A DNA stretch of 64,000 nt from Escherichia coli (GTDB lineage Bacteria; Pseudomonadota; Gammaproteobacteria; Enterobacterales; Enterobacteriaceae), in assembly GCF_024502345.1 (NCBI RefSeq), contig NZ_JALDNN010000001.1; one strand, written 5' to 3'. The position numbers and the translations under genes are program-made. Shown here one piece after another: positions 12,264 through 22,892 of this stretch (the first letter of the stretch is position 1; every line of letters begins with the position of its first letter). Below the pieces are notes generated by a model. The model was not told where the DNA came from, made no database searches, and saw nothing but the letters and a program-made list of their open reading frames with translations.

Positions 12264-13098
12264 GATTATCCCCTTCTCCTGCGTTGACGGGCCAGGCAGT
12301 CGTCTGGCTCTGTTTTTGCAGGGCTGCAATCTGCGCTGCAAAAACTGTCACAATCCGTGGACGATGGGACGCTGCAATGATTGCGGAGAGTGCGTGCCAC
12401 AGTGTCCGCATCAGGCGTTGCAGATTGTTGACGGCAAAGTGCTGTGGAACGCTGTGGTCTGCGAGCAATGTGATACCTGCCTGAAGAGGTGTCCGCAACA
12501 TGCCACGCCAATGGCGCAATCCATGAGCGTGGATGAGGTGCTTAGCCATATCCGCAAAGCGGTGCTGTTTATTGAAGGGATAACGGTAAGCGGCGGCGAA
12601 GCCACGACCCAACTGTCGTTTGTAGTGGCGCTATTTACAGCCATCAAAAACGATCCGCAACTGCGCCACCTCACCTGCCTCGTGGACAGTAACGGTATGT
12701 TGAGCGAAACCGGCTGGGAAAAATTACTCCCGGTGTGCGACGGCGCGATGCTCGATCTCAAAGCGTGGGGGAGCGAATGTCATCAGCAATTAACCGGACG
12801 CGATAATCAGCAGATTAAGCGCAGCATCTGTTTGCTGGCAGAGCGCGGTAAGCTGGCGGAACTGCGTTTGCTGGTAATTCCAGACCAGGTGGATTATTTG
12901 CATCACATCGATGAGCTGGCGACGTTTATCAAGAGACTTGGCGATGTTCCGGTTCGCCTGAATGTGTTTCATGCCCACGGCGTGTATGGCGAGGCGCAAA
13001 GCTGGGCGAGCGCCACGCCGGAAGACGTTGAGCCGTTGGCTGATGCGTTAAAGGTGCGCGGGGTGAGCCGGTTGATATTTCCGGCGCTCTATTTGTGA
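12235..13098 (+). CDS. yjjW: YjjW, glycyl-radical enzyme activating enzyme (radical SAM)
   Basis: 287 aa; CxxxCxxC-type cysteine clusters ([20 protein letters not shown]), PFL-activase-like N-terminus [15 protein letters not shown]. Confidence 0.85.
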   Translation: MNSRCALVSKIIPFSCVDGPGSRLALFLQGCNLRCKNCHNPWTMGRCNDCGECVPQCPHQALQIVDGKVLWNAVVCEQCDTCLKRCPQHATPMAQSMSVDEVLSHIRKAVLFIEGITVSGGEATTQLSFVVALFTAIKNDPQLRHLTCLVDSNGMLSETGWEKLLPVCDGAMLDLKAWGSECHQQLTGRDNQQIKRSICLLAERGKLAELRLLVIPDQVDYLHHIDELATFIKRLGDVPVRLNVFHAHGVYGEAQSWASATPEDVEPLADALKVRGVSRLIFPALYL

Positions 13099-13099
13099 C

Positions 13100-13295
13100 A
13101 TGCCGGATACGGCCTACGGTTCGGCACAAACCTGTAGGCATGATAAGACGCGTCAAGCGTCGCATCAGGCATTGTGCGCCAACTGCCGGATGCGGCGTGA
13201 ACGCCTTATCCGGCCTACGGTTCGGCACAAACCTGTAGGCATGATAAGACGCGACAAGCGTCGCATCAGGCATTATGCGCCGACTGCCGGATGCT
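13100..13295. repeat. BIME cluster (several REP units)
   Basis: Repeated GCCGGATGCGGCGTGAACGCCTTATCCGGCCTACG and CGTCGCATCAGGCAT units. Confidence 0.7.
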
Positions 13296-13311
13296 GCCTA
13301 CGAAGGGCAAA

Positions 13312-14094
13312 CTACCCACGAACGTTAAACACCGCATACGTGTTATTAAGCAACACTTCGGCAATCTCATCCGCCGGTTCCCGGCGCAACTCGCAAAGCA
13401 CGTCAAACACCCGCGCAGCCTGTTCCGGGCGGTTAGGCTGCCCTTGAAAGCCGTTGAGCGGCATATCCGGCGCGTCGGTTTCCAGCAACAACGATGCCAG
13501 CGGTAATTTTGCGATGACATCGCGGGTTTTACTGGCGCGTGGATAGGTGATAGTACCGCCTACGCCGATTTTGTAGCCCAGCTGTACAAACCGCTCGGCC
13601 TGTTGCAGGCTGCCGGAAAAACCGTGAACCACGCCAGTGCGCGATAAATCGTGGCGTTTAAGATGCATCGCCAGTTTGTCGTGTGTGCGCCGTGAATGCA
13701 GGATCACCGGCAGATCGTAGCGTTTCGCCAGTTTCAGTTGTTCGTCGAGTAACCACTGCTGCCTCTCAAATTGCGGATCGTCGCCGAAGAGATCCAGACC
13801 GATCTCCCCCACCGCCACCACCTTCGCCGGACGCCTTTCCAGCGCCTGCTGTAGCTGATCAAGAGACACATCGCTATGTTTTTCCAACATCCCCGGATGC
13901 AACCCCAATGCGGCATACAGCGGTTGATATTTTTCCGCTAACGCCTGCACGCGGGCAAAATTTTCCGCCTCTGTCGCCGGAACAATGATCTTGCCTACAC
14001 CCGCTTGTGCCGCGCGTTGCAGGCTGGCCTCTTCATCGCCACTAAACGGCGGAAAATCAAAATGGCAGTGGGTGTCGATAAAACGGCAAATCAA
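13312..14094 (-). CDS. yjjV: TatD-family metal-dependent hydrolase / DNase
   Basis: 260 aa MICRFIDTHCHFDFPPF... TatD signature. Confidence 0.88.
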   Translation of the reverse strand: MICRFIDTHCHFDFPPFSGDEEASLQRAAQAGVGKIIVPATEAENFARVQALAEKYQPLYAALGLHPGMLEKHSDVSLDQLQQALERRPAKVVAVGEIGLDLFGDDPQFERQQWLLDEQLKLAKRYDLPVILHSRRTHDKLAMHLKRHDLSRTGVVHGFSGSLQQAERFVQLGYKIGVGGTITYPRASKTRDVIAKLPLASLLLETDAPDMPLNGFQGQPNRPEQAARVFDVLCELRREPADEIAEVLLNNTYAVFNVRG

Positions 14095-15200
14095 GCCAGA
14101 TCCTCATTGTTAAATGTCGGGTCGTTCGCCTGCGGAGCATCGCTCACTTCGGCAACCAGCGTATCGTTGGCGACTGGCGCAGGCGGAATAACAATCGATT
14201 CCGGCGTCACCACTGGCACCAGATGGCGGGTAAGCGGCGCTTTTTCAGTTAATAGCTTGCCAACCGTGGCGAGGAAATAACGACCGCATAAACGCCCAAG
14301 TTTATAGTCTTCACGCAGCGCCGGAATCCGACTGCCAAGCGCGATACTATGTAATGGCTTCGGCGGATAAATTTCGAATATCCGCAGCTTGCCCGGTGGT
14401 TTCTCAATAAATTGCTGAATGTCACGATAGCTGGTTTCATGATGCTGCACCAGATTGACCAGCGGCTGCAGGCTACTGTCACCCAGCCAGCGTTCCATGC
14501 GTTTGAACCACTGCGGCGTGTAGTACATTTGTGACGGCACAGTGCGGATGACGACCAACGTTTTAGCGCCCTGCCTTGCCGCCTCTTTAACCGGAATCGC
14601 ATCACTGATCCCGCCATCCAGGTAGTTAATGCCTTCCAGCGACACTCCGCTACGATAAAAGCCAGGTATCGCACTGGAGGCGCGAATCACATCCAGCCAG
14701 TTTTGTTTGGTTGGTAAAAAGTAATTCGGCGCGTAGTCATCCTGACGACAGGCGCACATATAAAACGATTTGCCGCTGTCAAACAACCGCGCGGCGGTAT
14801 CCATTTGCAACGGCATCTGGCTTGCGGTGGCCTCCACCAGCCAGTCGAGATCGATAAGATTTCCTCCACGGACAAAGCGCAATGGATCGAAAAATTCGCG
14901 TTTTGTGGTATAGCGCATGATGACTTTGCGCGCGTAACCGGGCTGATTGCAGATAAACGCCGAGAGGTTCTGCGCCCCGGCAGATGTGCCGAGATAAAGA
15001 TCGAAAGGATTAAACTGCGCGCGCATAAACTCATCCAGCACGCCAGCCGTGAAAATTCCACGCTGTCCGCCGCCTTCGCACACCAGAGCTATTCGTCCAG
15101 GCTGGAACGGCCTTAGCGACAACGGCGCAATATTACCCAGCGTTACAGGTATTCGCTGCCCCACCTCTGCCTTCCTGTTTTTGTTGTGAAAGAATGACAA
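14091..15200 (-). CDS. yjjU: Patatin-like phospholipase family protein
   Basis: GGGQRG and GTSAG patatin motifs; the true start may be an internal GTG near 15164. Confidence 0.85.
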   Translation of the reverse strand: MSFFHNKNRKAEVGQRIPVTLGNIAPLSLRPFQPGRIALVCEGGGQRGIFTAGVLDEFMRAQFNPFDLYLGTSAGAQNLSAFICNQPGYARKVIMRYTTKREFFDPLRFVRGGNLIDLDWLVEATASQMPLQMDTAARLFDSGKSFYMCACRQDDYAPNYFLPTKQNWLDVIRASSAIPGFYRSGVSLEGINYLDGGISDAIPVKEAARQGAKTLVVIRTVPSQMYYTPQWFKRMERWLGDSSLQPLVNLVQHHETSYRDIQQFIEKPPGKLRIFEIYPPKPLHSIALGSRIPALREDYKLGRLCGRYFLATVGKLLTEKAPLTRHLVPVVTPESIVIPPAPVANDTLVAEVSDAPQANDPTFNNEDLA

Positions 15201-15285
15201 AGTAACGCAATTTATTATTCGCTAAAACCGCAAAAGCCAGTCCGCTGGACTGGCTTTGGATAAAATTTTCTTAATGGTCTGAAAT

Positions 15286-15447
15286 CTAGGGTCGTTTTCG
15301 GCCCATGAACAAACTCACCAGGAACAGAATAATCCCGACGACAAAGACAATTTTAGCTGCGCCTGCAGCGGTACCGGCCAGACCACCAAACCCAAGTGCG
15401 GCGGCGATTAACGCGATAACCAGAAATATGATGCCCCAACGAAACAT
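15286..15447 (-). CDS. ytjA: Small membrane protein YtjA (DUF1328)
   Basis: 53 aa [22 protein letters not shown]... Confidence 0.8.
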
Positions 15448-15536
15448 AAGCGTCTCCTTTACCATAGTTAATGTCACCGCTTGATATGAGCGTGAAAATC
15501 ACTCAATGCGATATTTTTAGTGTGGTGCACATCGCG

Positions 15537-15558
15537 CCTCCCGACAAAGTTCGGGAGG
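15537..15558 (-). other. Stem-loop downstream of osmY (CCTCCCGA/TCGGGAGG)
   Basis: Perfect 8-bp inverted repeat; no clear T-run, so terminator status is uncertain. Confidence 0.4.
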
Positions 15559-15573
15559 ACGAATTACGACGAA

Positions 15574-16179
15574 TTACTTAGTTTTCAGATCATTTTTAAC
15601 GCTTTTCACACCATCTACCGCTTTGGCGATACTTTCAGCACGGTCACTTTGTGCCTGAGAATCTACGGTACCGAAGAGCTGAACCACGCCATCGGTGGTT
15701 TCAACTTTCACATGACGGGAAGGGACGATATCGTCCGCCAGCAGTTTGGCTTTGATTTCACTGGTGGTGGCGGTGTCACCCGCGTAGCCCTTCACCGAGC
15801 CTTCTTTAGCGTCGCGAACGTGCAGTTTGTCGCTGACAGAGGTCACCCCTTCAACGCCTTTCGCCACTTTTACTGCCTCTTCGGCCTGGGCCTGGCTTTC
15901 AACGAAACCGCTCAGGGTCACGACTTTTTGATCGGTTTTTACAGAGATATCGGTGCTCTTGATGTTGTCATGATCCACCAGGGCCGCCTTCACTTTCGCG
16001 GTGATGGCGCTGTCATCCATGAAATTACCGACTTTATTCATAGAGCTATCGACTTTTTGCCCTGCGCTTTCATTGGTAGTCTGCGCGTTGTTTTCCGCGT
16101 AGGCAGAGCCGGTCGCGACGGCAGAGGTCAACATTACAGCCAGCAGAGTTTTCGAAATCTTCAGTCTTGTCATAGTCAT
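15574..16179 (-). CDS. osmY: Osmotically inducible periplasmic protein OsmY (two BON domains)
   Basis: 201 aa from [28 protein letters not shown] (signal peptide). Confidence 0.93.
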   Translation of the reverse strand: MTMTRLKISKTLLAVMLTSAVATGSAYAENNAQTTNESAGQKVDSSMNKVGNFMDDSAITAKVKAALVDHDNIKSTDISVKTDQKVVTLSGFVESQAQAEEAVKVAKGVEGVTSVSDKLHVRDAKEGSVKGYAGDTATTSEIKAKLLADDIVPSRHVKVETTDGVVQLFGTVDSQAQSDRAESIAKAVDGVKSVKNDLKTK

Positions 16180-16571
16180 CGATTTATTCCTGTATGTTTG
16201 CTCGTAATTTGAGCCTGGCAACACGAGGTTGCATTGCTGAATAGGGAGAGACTTCACCCTCTACAGAAGTCAATGGTCGCCATCACAAAAGCGATGAGTG
16301 ATAAATAACGACCATTACAGCCTCTGAATCAGTTATTAATATCGGTAGAATGACAATCGACGGCTTTAGATACTGATATCTACGCATTGAACGGTATTTA
16401 ACGCCGTCAGAAATGTCATCACTTTGTTAAATATAGATCACAATTTTGAAACCGCTCGTGATATCAGCGAAAACATAAGCAAAAGTGAATGTTTTAAGAA
16501 CATTCCGTAAGCGGCTAATAAGGAAGGGAAATTGACAGGGCGCAGCGGCTACCGCGCCCTGGAGGCAAGAA

Positions 16572-18158
16572 TTAATGCTCGCGGGTCTGGTGGAACTGAA
16601 CGTCCGGATAACGTTCCTGCGCCAGGCGCAGATTGACCATGCTGGTAGCGATGTAAGCGAGGTTATCGCCGCCATCAAGCGCCAGTTGGCTTTCGTTCTT
16701 ACGCTTGAACTCTTCGAATTTCTTCGCGTCCGCACATTCTACCCAGCGGGCAGTGGCAACGTTGACTGACTCATACACTGCTTCAACGTTGTATTCGCTC
16801 TTCAGGCGCGCTACAACCACATCAAACTGCAGCACACCAACTGCACCAACGATCAGGTCGTTGTTGGAGATCGGACGGAACACCTGCACCGCGCCCTCTT
16901 CGGAAAGCTGTACCAGCCCTTTGAGCAGCTGTTTTTGCTTCAGCGGATCTTTCAGGCGGATACGACGGAACAGTTCTGGTGCGAAGTTCGGAATACCGGT
17001 GAACTTCATCATCTCACCCTGGGTAAAGGTGTCGCCGATCTGAATGGTGCCGTGGTTGTGCAGGCCGAGGATATCGCCAGGATACGCTTCTTCAACGTGC
17101 GAACGGTCACCCGCCATAAAGGTCAGCGCGTCAGAGATCACCACGTCTTTCGCGGTGCGCACCTGGCGCAGCTTCATGCCTTTTTCATATTTACCGGATA
17201 CCACGCGCATAAACGCCACGCGGTCGCGGTGTTTCGGGTCCATGTTGGCCTGAATTTTAAATACGAAGCCGGTAAATTTGTCTTCGCTCGCTTGTACGGT
17301 ACGGGTATCAGTCTGACGCGGCATCGGCGCAGGTGCCCACTCCACCAGGCCATCCAACATATGATCGACGCCGAAGTTACCCAGCGCAGTACCGAAGAAT
17401 ACCGGAGTGATTTCGCCCGCAAGGAACAGCTCTTTGTCGAACTCGTTAGACGCGCCTTTAACCAGTTCCAGTTCGTCACGCAGCTGCTGTGCCAGATCTT
17501 CACCAACCGCAGCATCGAGATCCGGGTTATTCAGCCCTTTAACAATGCGGACTTCCTGAATGGTGTGCCCTTTACCGCTCTGATAGAGATAGGTTTCATC
17601 TTTATAAAGGTGGTAAACGCCTTTAAACAGCTTGCCGCAGCCAATCGGCCAGGTGATCGGCGCACAGCCGATTTTCAGCTCGTTCTCAACTTCATCGAGC
17701 AGTTCCATCGGGTCGCGGATATCACGGTCAAGTTTGTTCATAAAGGTGAGGATCGGCGTGTCGCGCAGACGGGTAACTTCCATCAGCTTACGGGTACGAT
17801 CTTCAACACCTTTTGCGGCGTCGATAACCATCAGGCAGCAGTCCACCGCCGTCAGGGTACGATAGGTATCTTCCGAGAAGTCTTCGTGCCCCGGGGTGTC
17901 TAGCAGGTTAACCAGGCAATCGTGATACGGAAACTGCATCACAGACGTAGTAATGGAGATCCCACGCTGCTTTTCCATCTCCATCCAGTCCGACTTAGCG
18001 TGCTGGTTGGAACCACGGCCTTTTACTGTACCAGCGGTCTGAATGGCCTGTCCGAACAGCAGCACCTTCTCGGTGATGGTAGTTTTACCGGCGTCCGGGT
18101 GAGAAATAATTGCAAAGGTTCTTCTTTTCGCTACCTCTGCGGCCAAAAGGCTTGTCAT
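16572..18158 (-). CDS. prfC: Peptide chain release factor 3 (RF3), with an N-terminus supplied by the adjacent prophage
   Basis: GTPase motifs [18 protein letters not shown]-terminus reads [15 protein letters not shown], differing from the ancestral [16 protein letters not shown] that survives as a fragment at 34906..34956. Confidence 0.9.
   Translation of the reverse strand: MTSLLAAEVAKRRTFAIISHPDAGKTTITEKVLLFGQAIQTAGTVKGRGSNQHAKSDWMEMEKQRGISITTSVMQFPYHDCLVNLLDTPGHEDFSEDTYRTLTAVDCCLMVIDAAKGVEDRTRKLMEVTRLRDTPILTFMNKLDRDIRDPMELLDEVENELKIGCAPITWPIGCGKLFKGVYHLYKDETYLYQSGKGHTIQEVRIVKGLNNPDLDAAVGEDLAQQLRDELELVKGASNEFDKELFLAGEITPVFFGTALGNFGVDHMLDGLVEWAPAPMPRQTDTRTVQASEDKFTGFVFKIQANMDPKHRDRVAFMRVVSGKYEKGMKLRQVRTAKDVVISDALTFMAGDRSHVEEAYPGDILGLHNHGTIQIGDTFTQGEMMKFTGIPNFAPELFRRIRLKDPLKQKQLLKGLVQLSEEGAVQVFRPISNNDLIVGAVGVLQFDVVVARLKSEYNVEAVYESVNVATARWVECADAKKFEEFKRKNESQLALDGGDNLAYIATSMVNLRLAQERYPDVQFHQTREH
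18098..18111. repeat. attL core: 14-bp direct repeat GGGTGAGAAATAAT inside the prfC 5' coding region
   Basis: Identical 14-mer recurs at 34892..34905; sequences outside the repeats together reconstruct an uninterrupted prfC 5' end. Confidence 0.7.
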
Positions 18159-18177
18159 AATTGTTGTCTCTTTGATT

Positions 18178-18295
18178 ATGTACAATCATATGTACAAAGA
18201 AAAATTCATGCCGCTGATTGTACATTTTGGAGGTATCAGAGCATAGCAGAACATGATCAGTAGGTGTATTTGTAGCCAAAGAACATTTGTACATG
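18178..18295. promoter_or_regulatory. Cluster of four (A/T)TGTACA(A/T) repeats, candidate integrase arm-type sites
   Basis: ATGTACAAT, ATGTACAAA, TTGTACATT, TTGTACATG just inside attL; a similar cluster sits beside int at 34670..34729. Confidence 0.45.
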
Positions 18296-18318
18296 CAGCA
18301 ATCTTTGTTCTATTGACA

Positions 18319-18362
18319 CTGTTTATTCATACAGTTAAAAATAACACTGTATACAAACACAG
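18319..18362. promoter_or_regulatory. Two tandem LexA (SOS) boxes, CTGT-N8-ACAG, around a TTGACA -35
   Basis: CTGTTTATTCATACAG (18319..18334) and CTGTATACAAACACAG (18347..18362), directly upstream of the dinI-like ATG. Confidence 0.75.
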
Positions 18363-18377
18363 TGTAGAGGGATTTTT

Positions 18378-18626
18378 ATGCGTATTGAGATCTGCATAGC
18401 CAAAGAGAAAATGACTAAAATGCCAAACGGTGCTGTGGATGCGTTAAAGGAAGAATTAACTCGACGCATCAGTAAGCGTTATGACGATGTAGAGGTGATC
18501 GTAAAAGCCACCAGCAACGATGGCCTTTCTGTTACGCGCACCGCCGATAAAGATTCAGCTAAAACTTTTGTTCAGGAAACTCTGAAAGATACCTGGGAGT
18601 CTGCTGACGAGTGGTTTGTTCACTAA
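18378..18626 (+). CDS. DinI-family damage-inducible protein
   Basis: 82 aa [12 protein letters not shown]...[10 protein letters not shown], resembles DinI; preceded by LexA boxes. Confidence 0.8.
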   Translation: MRIEICIAKEKMTKMPNGAVDALKEELTRRISKRYDDVEVIVKATSNDGLSVTRTADKDSAKTFVQETLKDTWESADEWFVH

Positions 18627-19052
18627 TTAACACGTAAAATCGGTAACGGCTGGAAATCATTCAATACTCGCACTATCGGAAGTTCACCAGCCAACCGCAG
18701 CACGTTCTTGCATACGACGTGTCTGCGGTTTTTCAACCATTCAGATACAGCACTCTCATCACATTCATTCTTCCGCATTAAAGTATATATGACCATATCA
18801 CCTTAATATTTTTCTTCTTCAGATAAAAATTGTTATCTATGTATACTTTTAAACCGAATCCGTGTAGAGTCTCTACCTAAGTTAGTTCGCAGCTACCCCT
18901 TCAGTTTGCGCCATTAACCTCCTGACTTTTGCCGCTATCTGTAAGCATTCCTGTATACCTGAAACTACAGGGTTCATCTACGAACTTTAAGAACACCCAG
19001 GATAAAAATTGTCAACTATATTATATATAACACCATACTAATTCGAGGCTAT

Positions 19053-19165
19053 ATGAACAGCATACTGATAATCACTTCACTACTTATCATATTCAGCATT
19101 TTTGGTCATGCTCTAATAAAATTAGGGATTGGCATATCCAATAACCCGGACAAAACCGATGTATA
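19053..19165 (+). CDS. Small hydrophobic ORF (~37 aa, [37 protein letters not shown])
   Basis: ATG with weak GAGG RBS; one predicted TM helix; too short for the ORF track. Confidence 0.25.
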
Positions 19166-19201
19166 AGTCAACATATCCTGAATCAGACATACAATATTGC
19201 A

Positions 19202-19468
19202 ATGAAAACCAATAATATTTTAAGGAATATCTTCATGAAATCAAAAGACACCCTAAAGTGGTTCCCTGCGCAGCTTCCTGAAGTCAGAATTATCCTGGGA
19301 GATGCTGTCGTGGAAGTAGCAAAACAGGGAAGACCTATCAATACCAGAACATTGCTTGATTACATTGAAGGAAACATAAAGAAAAAGTCATGGCTGGATA
19401 ACAAAGAATTATTACAAACAGCGATATCAGTTCTTAAAGACAACCAAAATTTAAATGGTAAAGTGTAA
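19202..19468 (+). CDS. ydfK: YdfK/YnaE-like prophage cold-shock protein
   Basis: ...MKSKDTLKWFPAQLPEVRIILGDAVVEVAKQGRPINTRTLLDYIEGNIKK... matches remembered YdfK/YnaE; the true start may be the internal MKSKDT. Confidence 0.7.
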   Translation: MKTNNILRNIFMKSKDTLKWFPAQLPEVRIILGDAVVEVAKQGRPINTRTLLDYIEGNIKKKSWLDNKELLQTAISVLKDNQNLNGKV

Positions 19469-19847
19469 TACCTCCCCTGAAAAATAATTTTTCAATGCAT
19501 TAAAAAAATATCAACAACTACGTTATTCCGCAACAACCTACTTTTTTTACCATTTTTCCACTTTAACAACATTTTGCTCCACTTTTCCACGACCAAACAA
19601 CTTAAAATCTGGTTAAAATAACATACAACACTATTATTCGTCTTCCTCGAGTCCGCCCGGAGTTCGAAAAACAAACCGAGTTAAAGCCATTTTTCAAAAA
19701 ATCGATTTTTGGTTACACCAAAATTACGGGACTGCATCCGAATTCGTTTATTTTCGAACGTATACATACAAATATGTACAATAATAAGCGAAATAATTTT
19801 TGGATATGCATTATGATATGTACACCAATTTCGTATAGAGTCTCACT

Positions 19848-20438
19848 ATGTCTCGAATTTTTGCTTACTGTCGGATATCAACGCTGGATCAGACCCCCGA
19901 AAATCAACGCCGGGAAATCGAAAGTGCAGGTTTTAAAATCAAACCTCAGCAAATAATCGAAGAACACATTAGCGGCTCAGCAGCAACCAGTGAGCGTCCT
20001 GGTTTTAACCGGTTGCTTGCTCGCCTGAAATGTGGTGATCAATTGATTGTGACAAAACTGGATCGCCTTGGTTGTAATGCAATGGATATCAGGAAAACAG
20101 TGGAACAACTGACCGAAACAGGTATCAGAGTGCATTGCTTAGCATTGGGGGGCATTGACCTGACCAGTCCAACAGGAAAAATGATGATGCAAGTAATTTC
20201 AGCAGTCGCTGAATTTGAACGAGACCTTTTACTTGAACGCACTCATTCCGGGATAGTAAGAGCCCGGGGCGCAGGGAAACGTTTTGGTCGACCACCTGTG
20301 TTAAATGAAGAACAGAAACAGGTGGTATTCGAACGAATTAAGTCAGGTGTAAGTATAAGTGCCATTGCCCGGGAATTCAAAACCTCGCGGCAAACCATTT
20401 TAAGAGCCAAAGCAAAACTTCAGACACCTGACATATAA
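19848..20438 (+). CDS. pin: Serine recombinase, DNA invertase (Pin/Gin/Hin family)
   Basis: [28 protein letters not shown]... resolvase catalytic domain plus C-terminal HTH. Confidence 0.9.
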   Translation: MSRIFAYCRISTLDQTPENQRREIESAGFKIKPQQIIEEHISGSAATSERPGFNRLLARLKCGDQLIVTKLDRLGCNAMDIRKTVEQLTETGIRVHCLALGGIDLTSPTGKMMMQVISAVAEFERDLLLERTHSGIVRARGAGKRFGRPPVLNEEQKQVVFERIKSGVSISAIAREFKTSRQTILRAKAKLQTPDI

Positions 20439-20535
20439 AAAATAATCTCGGTGTGAGATGCTTTACGTCTTCCAAGCCCCCTTCCTTGCCGTAAATGGAA
20501 AGATACATCTAATTATAGAATTTATATGTTTTACC

Positions 20536-21117
20536 CTACGGCAGTGCTGGCCATTCAATATCCTGTGCAGTTGACGTATCAACACGGTTCAGCAATACCC
20601 GATACTTTTTCCATGCTTCCAGCAACGAGATTTCTTCCTCCGTTGCAATTTCCAGATCTGCAGCATCCTGAAGCGGCGCAATATGCTCACTGGCTACCTG
20701 CATCAGGTTGTTTTTTGTTTCTTCCGCCTCCCGGATCCGGAACAGTTTTTCTGCTTCCGTATCCTTCACCCAGGCTGTGCCGTTCCACTTCTGAAACTCC
20801 CCTTCCGGGGATAACCAAGTGACATTTTCCGGTAATGGGCCAAGTTCAGAAATAAATAACGCGTCGCCGGAAGCCACGTCATAGACGGTTTTACCCCGAT
20901 GGTCTTCAACGAGATGCCACGATGCCTCATCACTGTTGAAAACAGCCACAAAGCCAGCCGGAATATCTGGCGGTGCAATATCGGTACTGTTTGCTGGCAG
21001 ACCTGTATGAGGTGGAATATATGCATCACCTTCACCAATAAATTCATTAGTTCCGGCCAGCAGATTATAAATTGTTATGGTCCGTGGTTGTTCACTCATT
21101 CTGAAATCCATGTTCAC
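20536..21117 (-). CDS. tfa: Tail fibre assembly protein (Tfa)
   Basis: 193-aa ORF with Tfa-like sequence, immediately downstream of the tail-fibre-like ORF. Confidence 0.8.
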   Translation of the reverse strand: MNMDFRMSEQPRTITIYNLLAGTNEFIGEGDAYIPPHTGLPANSTDIAPPDIPAGFVAVFNSDEASWHLVEDHRGKTVYDVASGDALFISELGPLPENVTWLSPEGEFQKWNGTAWVKDTEAEKLFRIREAEETKNNLMQVASEHIAPLQDAADLEIATEEEISLLEAWKKYRVLLNRVDTSTAQDIEWPALP

Positions 21118-21119
21118 CT

Positions 21120-22022
21120 CTACTTAATATCAGAGACAGAATATTGTTTATTGAACGTATGGGTGTGAGCACCAATAACGATGCTACTTCCGTGGCTATG
21201 TGCGCCAGAGATGACATTACCTACGGGATTTTCTGGATTAATCCGGTGTATATGCGAACCAGGGCGAAACCGGTTATTAGCCTGATGTTGTATCAGTACA
21301 TCATCAGCCTGATGTTCAGGGTTAATACAGACCTGCCCGGAACGTGAGCAATACGTCCGATAATCGCCGCATCCAATATATTTAGTATCCGCATAACGGC
21401 AAACAGAATTACCCGGACAGTATGCATATGTGCCAAATACTGCCGACTGGCGGGATTGTGCGTATTCCCAGTTAATTGATTCTGTTTTTTTATTAAAGTT
21501 ATCCCATGCCTGCTTCATCTGCCGGGCAACACTTTCAAACGGCACCTGACCACATCCGGCTCCCATTGCAGGGAATACCACCGTTTTTATTTTCCTGTCT
21601 GTCGTTGCGTGTTTATTGTGCTGAAAGATGGCAAGCAGAGCGGCCCAGGTTGCGTTATATACAGCGTCTGTTCCGTCAATTGTCAGCGGAACACGCATTG
21701 TTGGCGCATGTACCAGCCAGGGATGATGATTATGCCCCGTTTCAATAACAAATGCAGAACCTACAGGCTGCTCGCCGAGATATTCACGAAGAATATGATT
21801 CTGAACGCGGGACTGTAACTGAGTACCGAAGAATGCGGTAATGGCGGCATCAACACCGCCATCCATCAGGCCGAAACTGTTTGCCGCACTTACCATGCAG
21901 TCAAATTCCCTGATTGTTTCAAATGGCTTTCCGACAATATTCACATTATCTGCATTTGCGAATACCCGCTTAAATGCTTCAGCCATTTCTGTTACTGGTG
22001 CAGAAAGAATGAGCGTAATCAT
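21120..22022 (-). CDS. Macro-domain-like protein with a Cys-rich, HxH-repeat C-terminus
   Basis: Motifs [30 protein letters not shown]...[21 protein letters not shown] resemble the macro (ADP-ribose binding) fold; C-terminus GAHSHG...GAHTHT resembles tail-fibre HxH repeats. Confidence 0.55.
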   Translation of the reverse strand: MITLILSAPVTEMAEAFKRVFANADNVNIVGKPFETIREFDCMVSAANSFGLMDGGVDAAITAFFGTQLQSRVQNHILREYLGEQPVGSAFVIETGHNHHPWLVHAPTMRVPLTIDGTDAVYNATWAALLAIFQHNKHATTDRKIKTVVFPAMGAGCGQVPFESVARQMKQAWDNFNKKTESINWEYAQSRQSAVFGTYAYCPGNSVCRYADTKYIGCGDYRTYCSRSGQVCINPEHQADDVLIQHQANNRFRPGSHIHRINPENPVGNVISGAHSHGSSIVIGAHTHTFNKQYSVSDIK

Positions 22023-22170
22023 GCAAGCCTCACAATATAGTTAAATGCGATGTTTTTGACGGTGTTTTCCGCGTTACCAGCAGCGTTAACGGTGATGGTG
22101 TGTCCATGTGACCCTATCGCAACGGAGTGCGTATGAGCACCAATACCGACAGTATGCGCGTGTGCACCTG
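22019..22170 (-). pseudogene. C-terminal fragment of side tail fibre (Stf) protein
   Basis: ...[51 protein letters not shown]; canonical Stf C-terminal end; N-terminal part missing. Confidence 0.7.
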
Positions 22171-22204
22171 CAGATACTGCTGTAAAAACGCATGAAATGT
22201 GCCG

Positions 22205-22892
22205 ACTCGTTAGCGGCTTTTTCGATCTGGCAGGAGCCTTTGATTTTAGGCGTCGAGCCGCGAATGGATTTTGGCCATACAGAGCCCTCAATACGTTTAT
22301 CCCCCAGCAGGGTTGGCGAACCCTCTTTTTCAACATCCGGTTCGAACGAGGAAAGTTCGTCATAGCAGACCACATCCACGGATTTTTCACGGTAGTTTTT
22401 GGCGGCAGCGCCGCCCAGGCACCATAAACCGACGCCCGATGAAAAGCGTTTCAGCGTGAGGGTATTATCACGATGTTTACGACCCAGCCATGGGGAAAGG
22501 TCTTTCAGGCATGGCACGTCCCTAATCGTCGTCTCCACGTGAGACTTCATAAAATCTTCAGCGGCAGAATCCGTGGGCTGAAAAAGCAGACTGTTTCGGG
22601 ATTTATGCTCAATAAAATACCCGACCACCCCCAGCAACATCTTTGTATAGCCAACACGGGCAGATTTAATCAGATTAACTGTGCGGATCTGATCATTCCC
22701 CATACTGTTCATGATGGCGATCTGGAACGGCAGCGTTTTCCATTCGCCGTCACCGTATGAGGATTCTTTCGGCAGATAATAATACTGATCAGCCCATTCA
22801 ACTGCCGTCATCGGTACAACCCTGACCAGAGGCTGCAGCGCAACCGAAACGGCAGCCATCAGATTATTCAGTTGTTGCTCTGATATATTCAT
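22205..22892 (-). pseudogene. Terminase large subunit (lambda gpA-like), N-terminal fragment only
   Basis: MNISEQQLNNLMAAV...TAVEWADQYYYLPKESSYGDGEWKTLPFQ...[34 protein letters not shown] aligns with lambda A residues ~1-250, then the frame degenerates into the stf fragment. Confidence 0.8.

Noticed and set aside
18868-19845. Two copies of CGT(A/G)TAGAGTCTC as possible Pin inversion sites flanking the ydfK segment
   Set aside because: They do not resemble the Gin/Hin-type crossover consensus I recall, and the flanked segment holds no tail-fibre genes; more likely promoter or 5'-UTR similarity.
21250-21280. GAAACCGGTTAT palindrome as a candidate pix crossover site
   Set aside because: Lacks the 2-bp central spacer and flanking half-sites; only one copy found.
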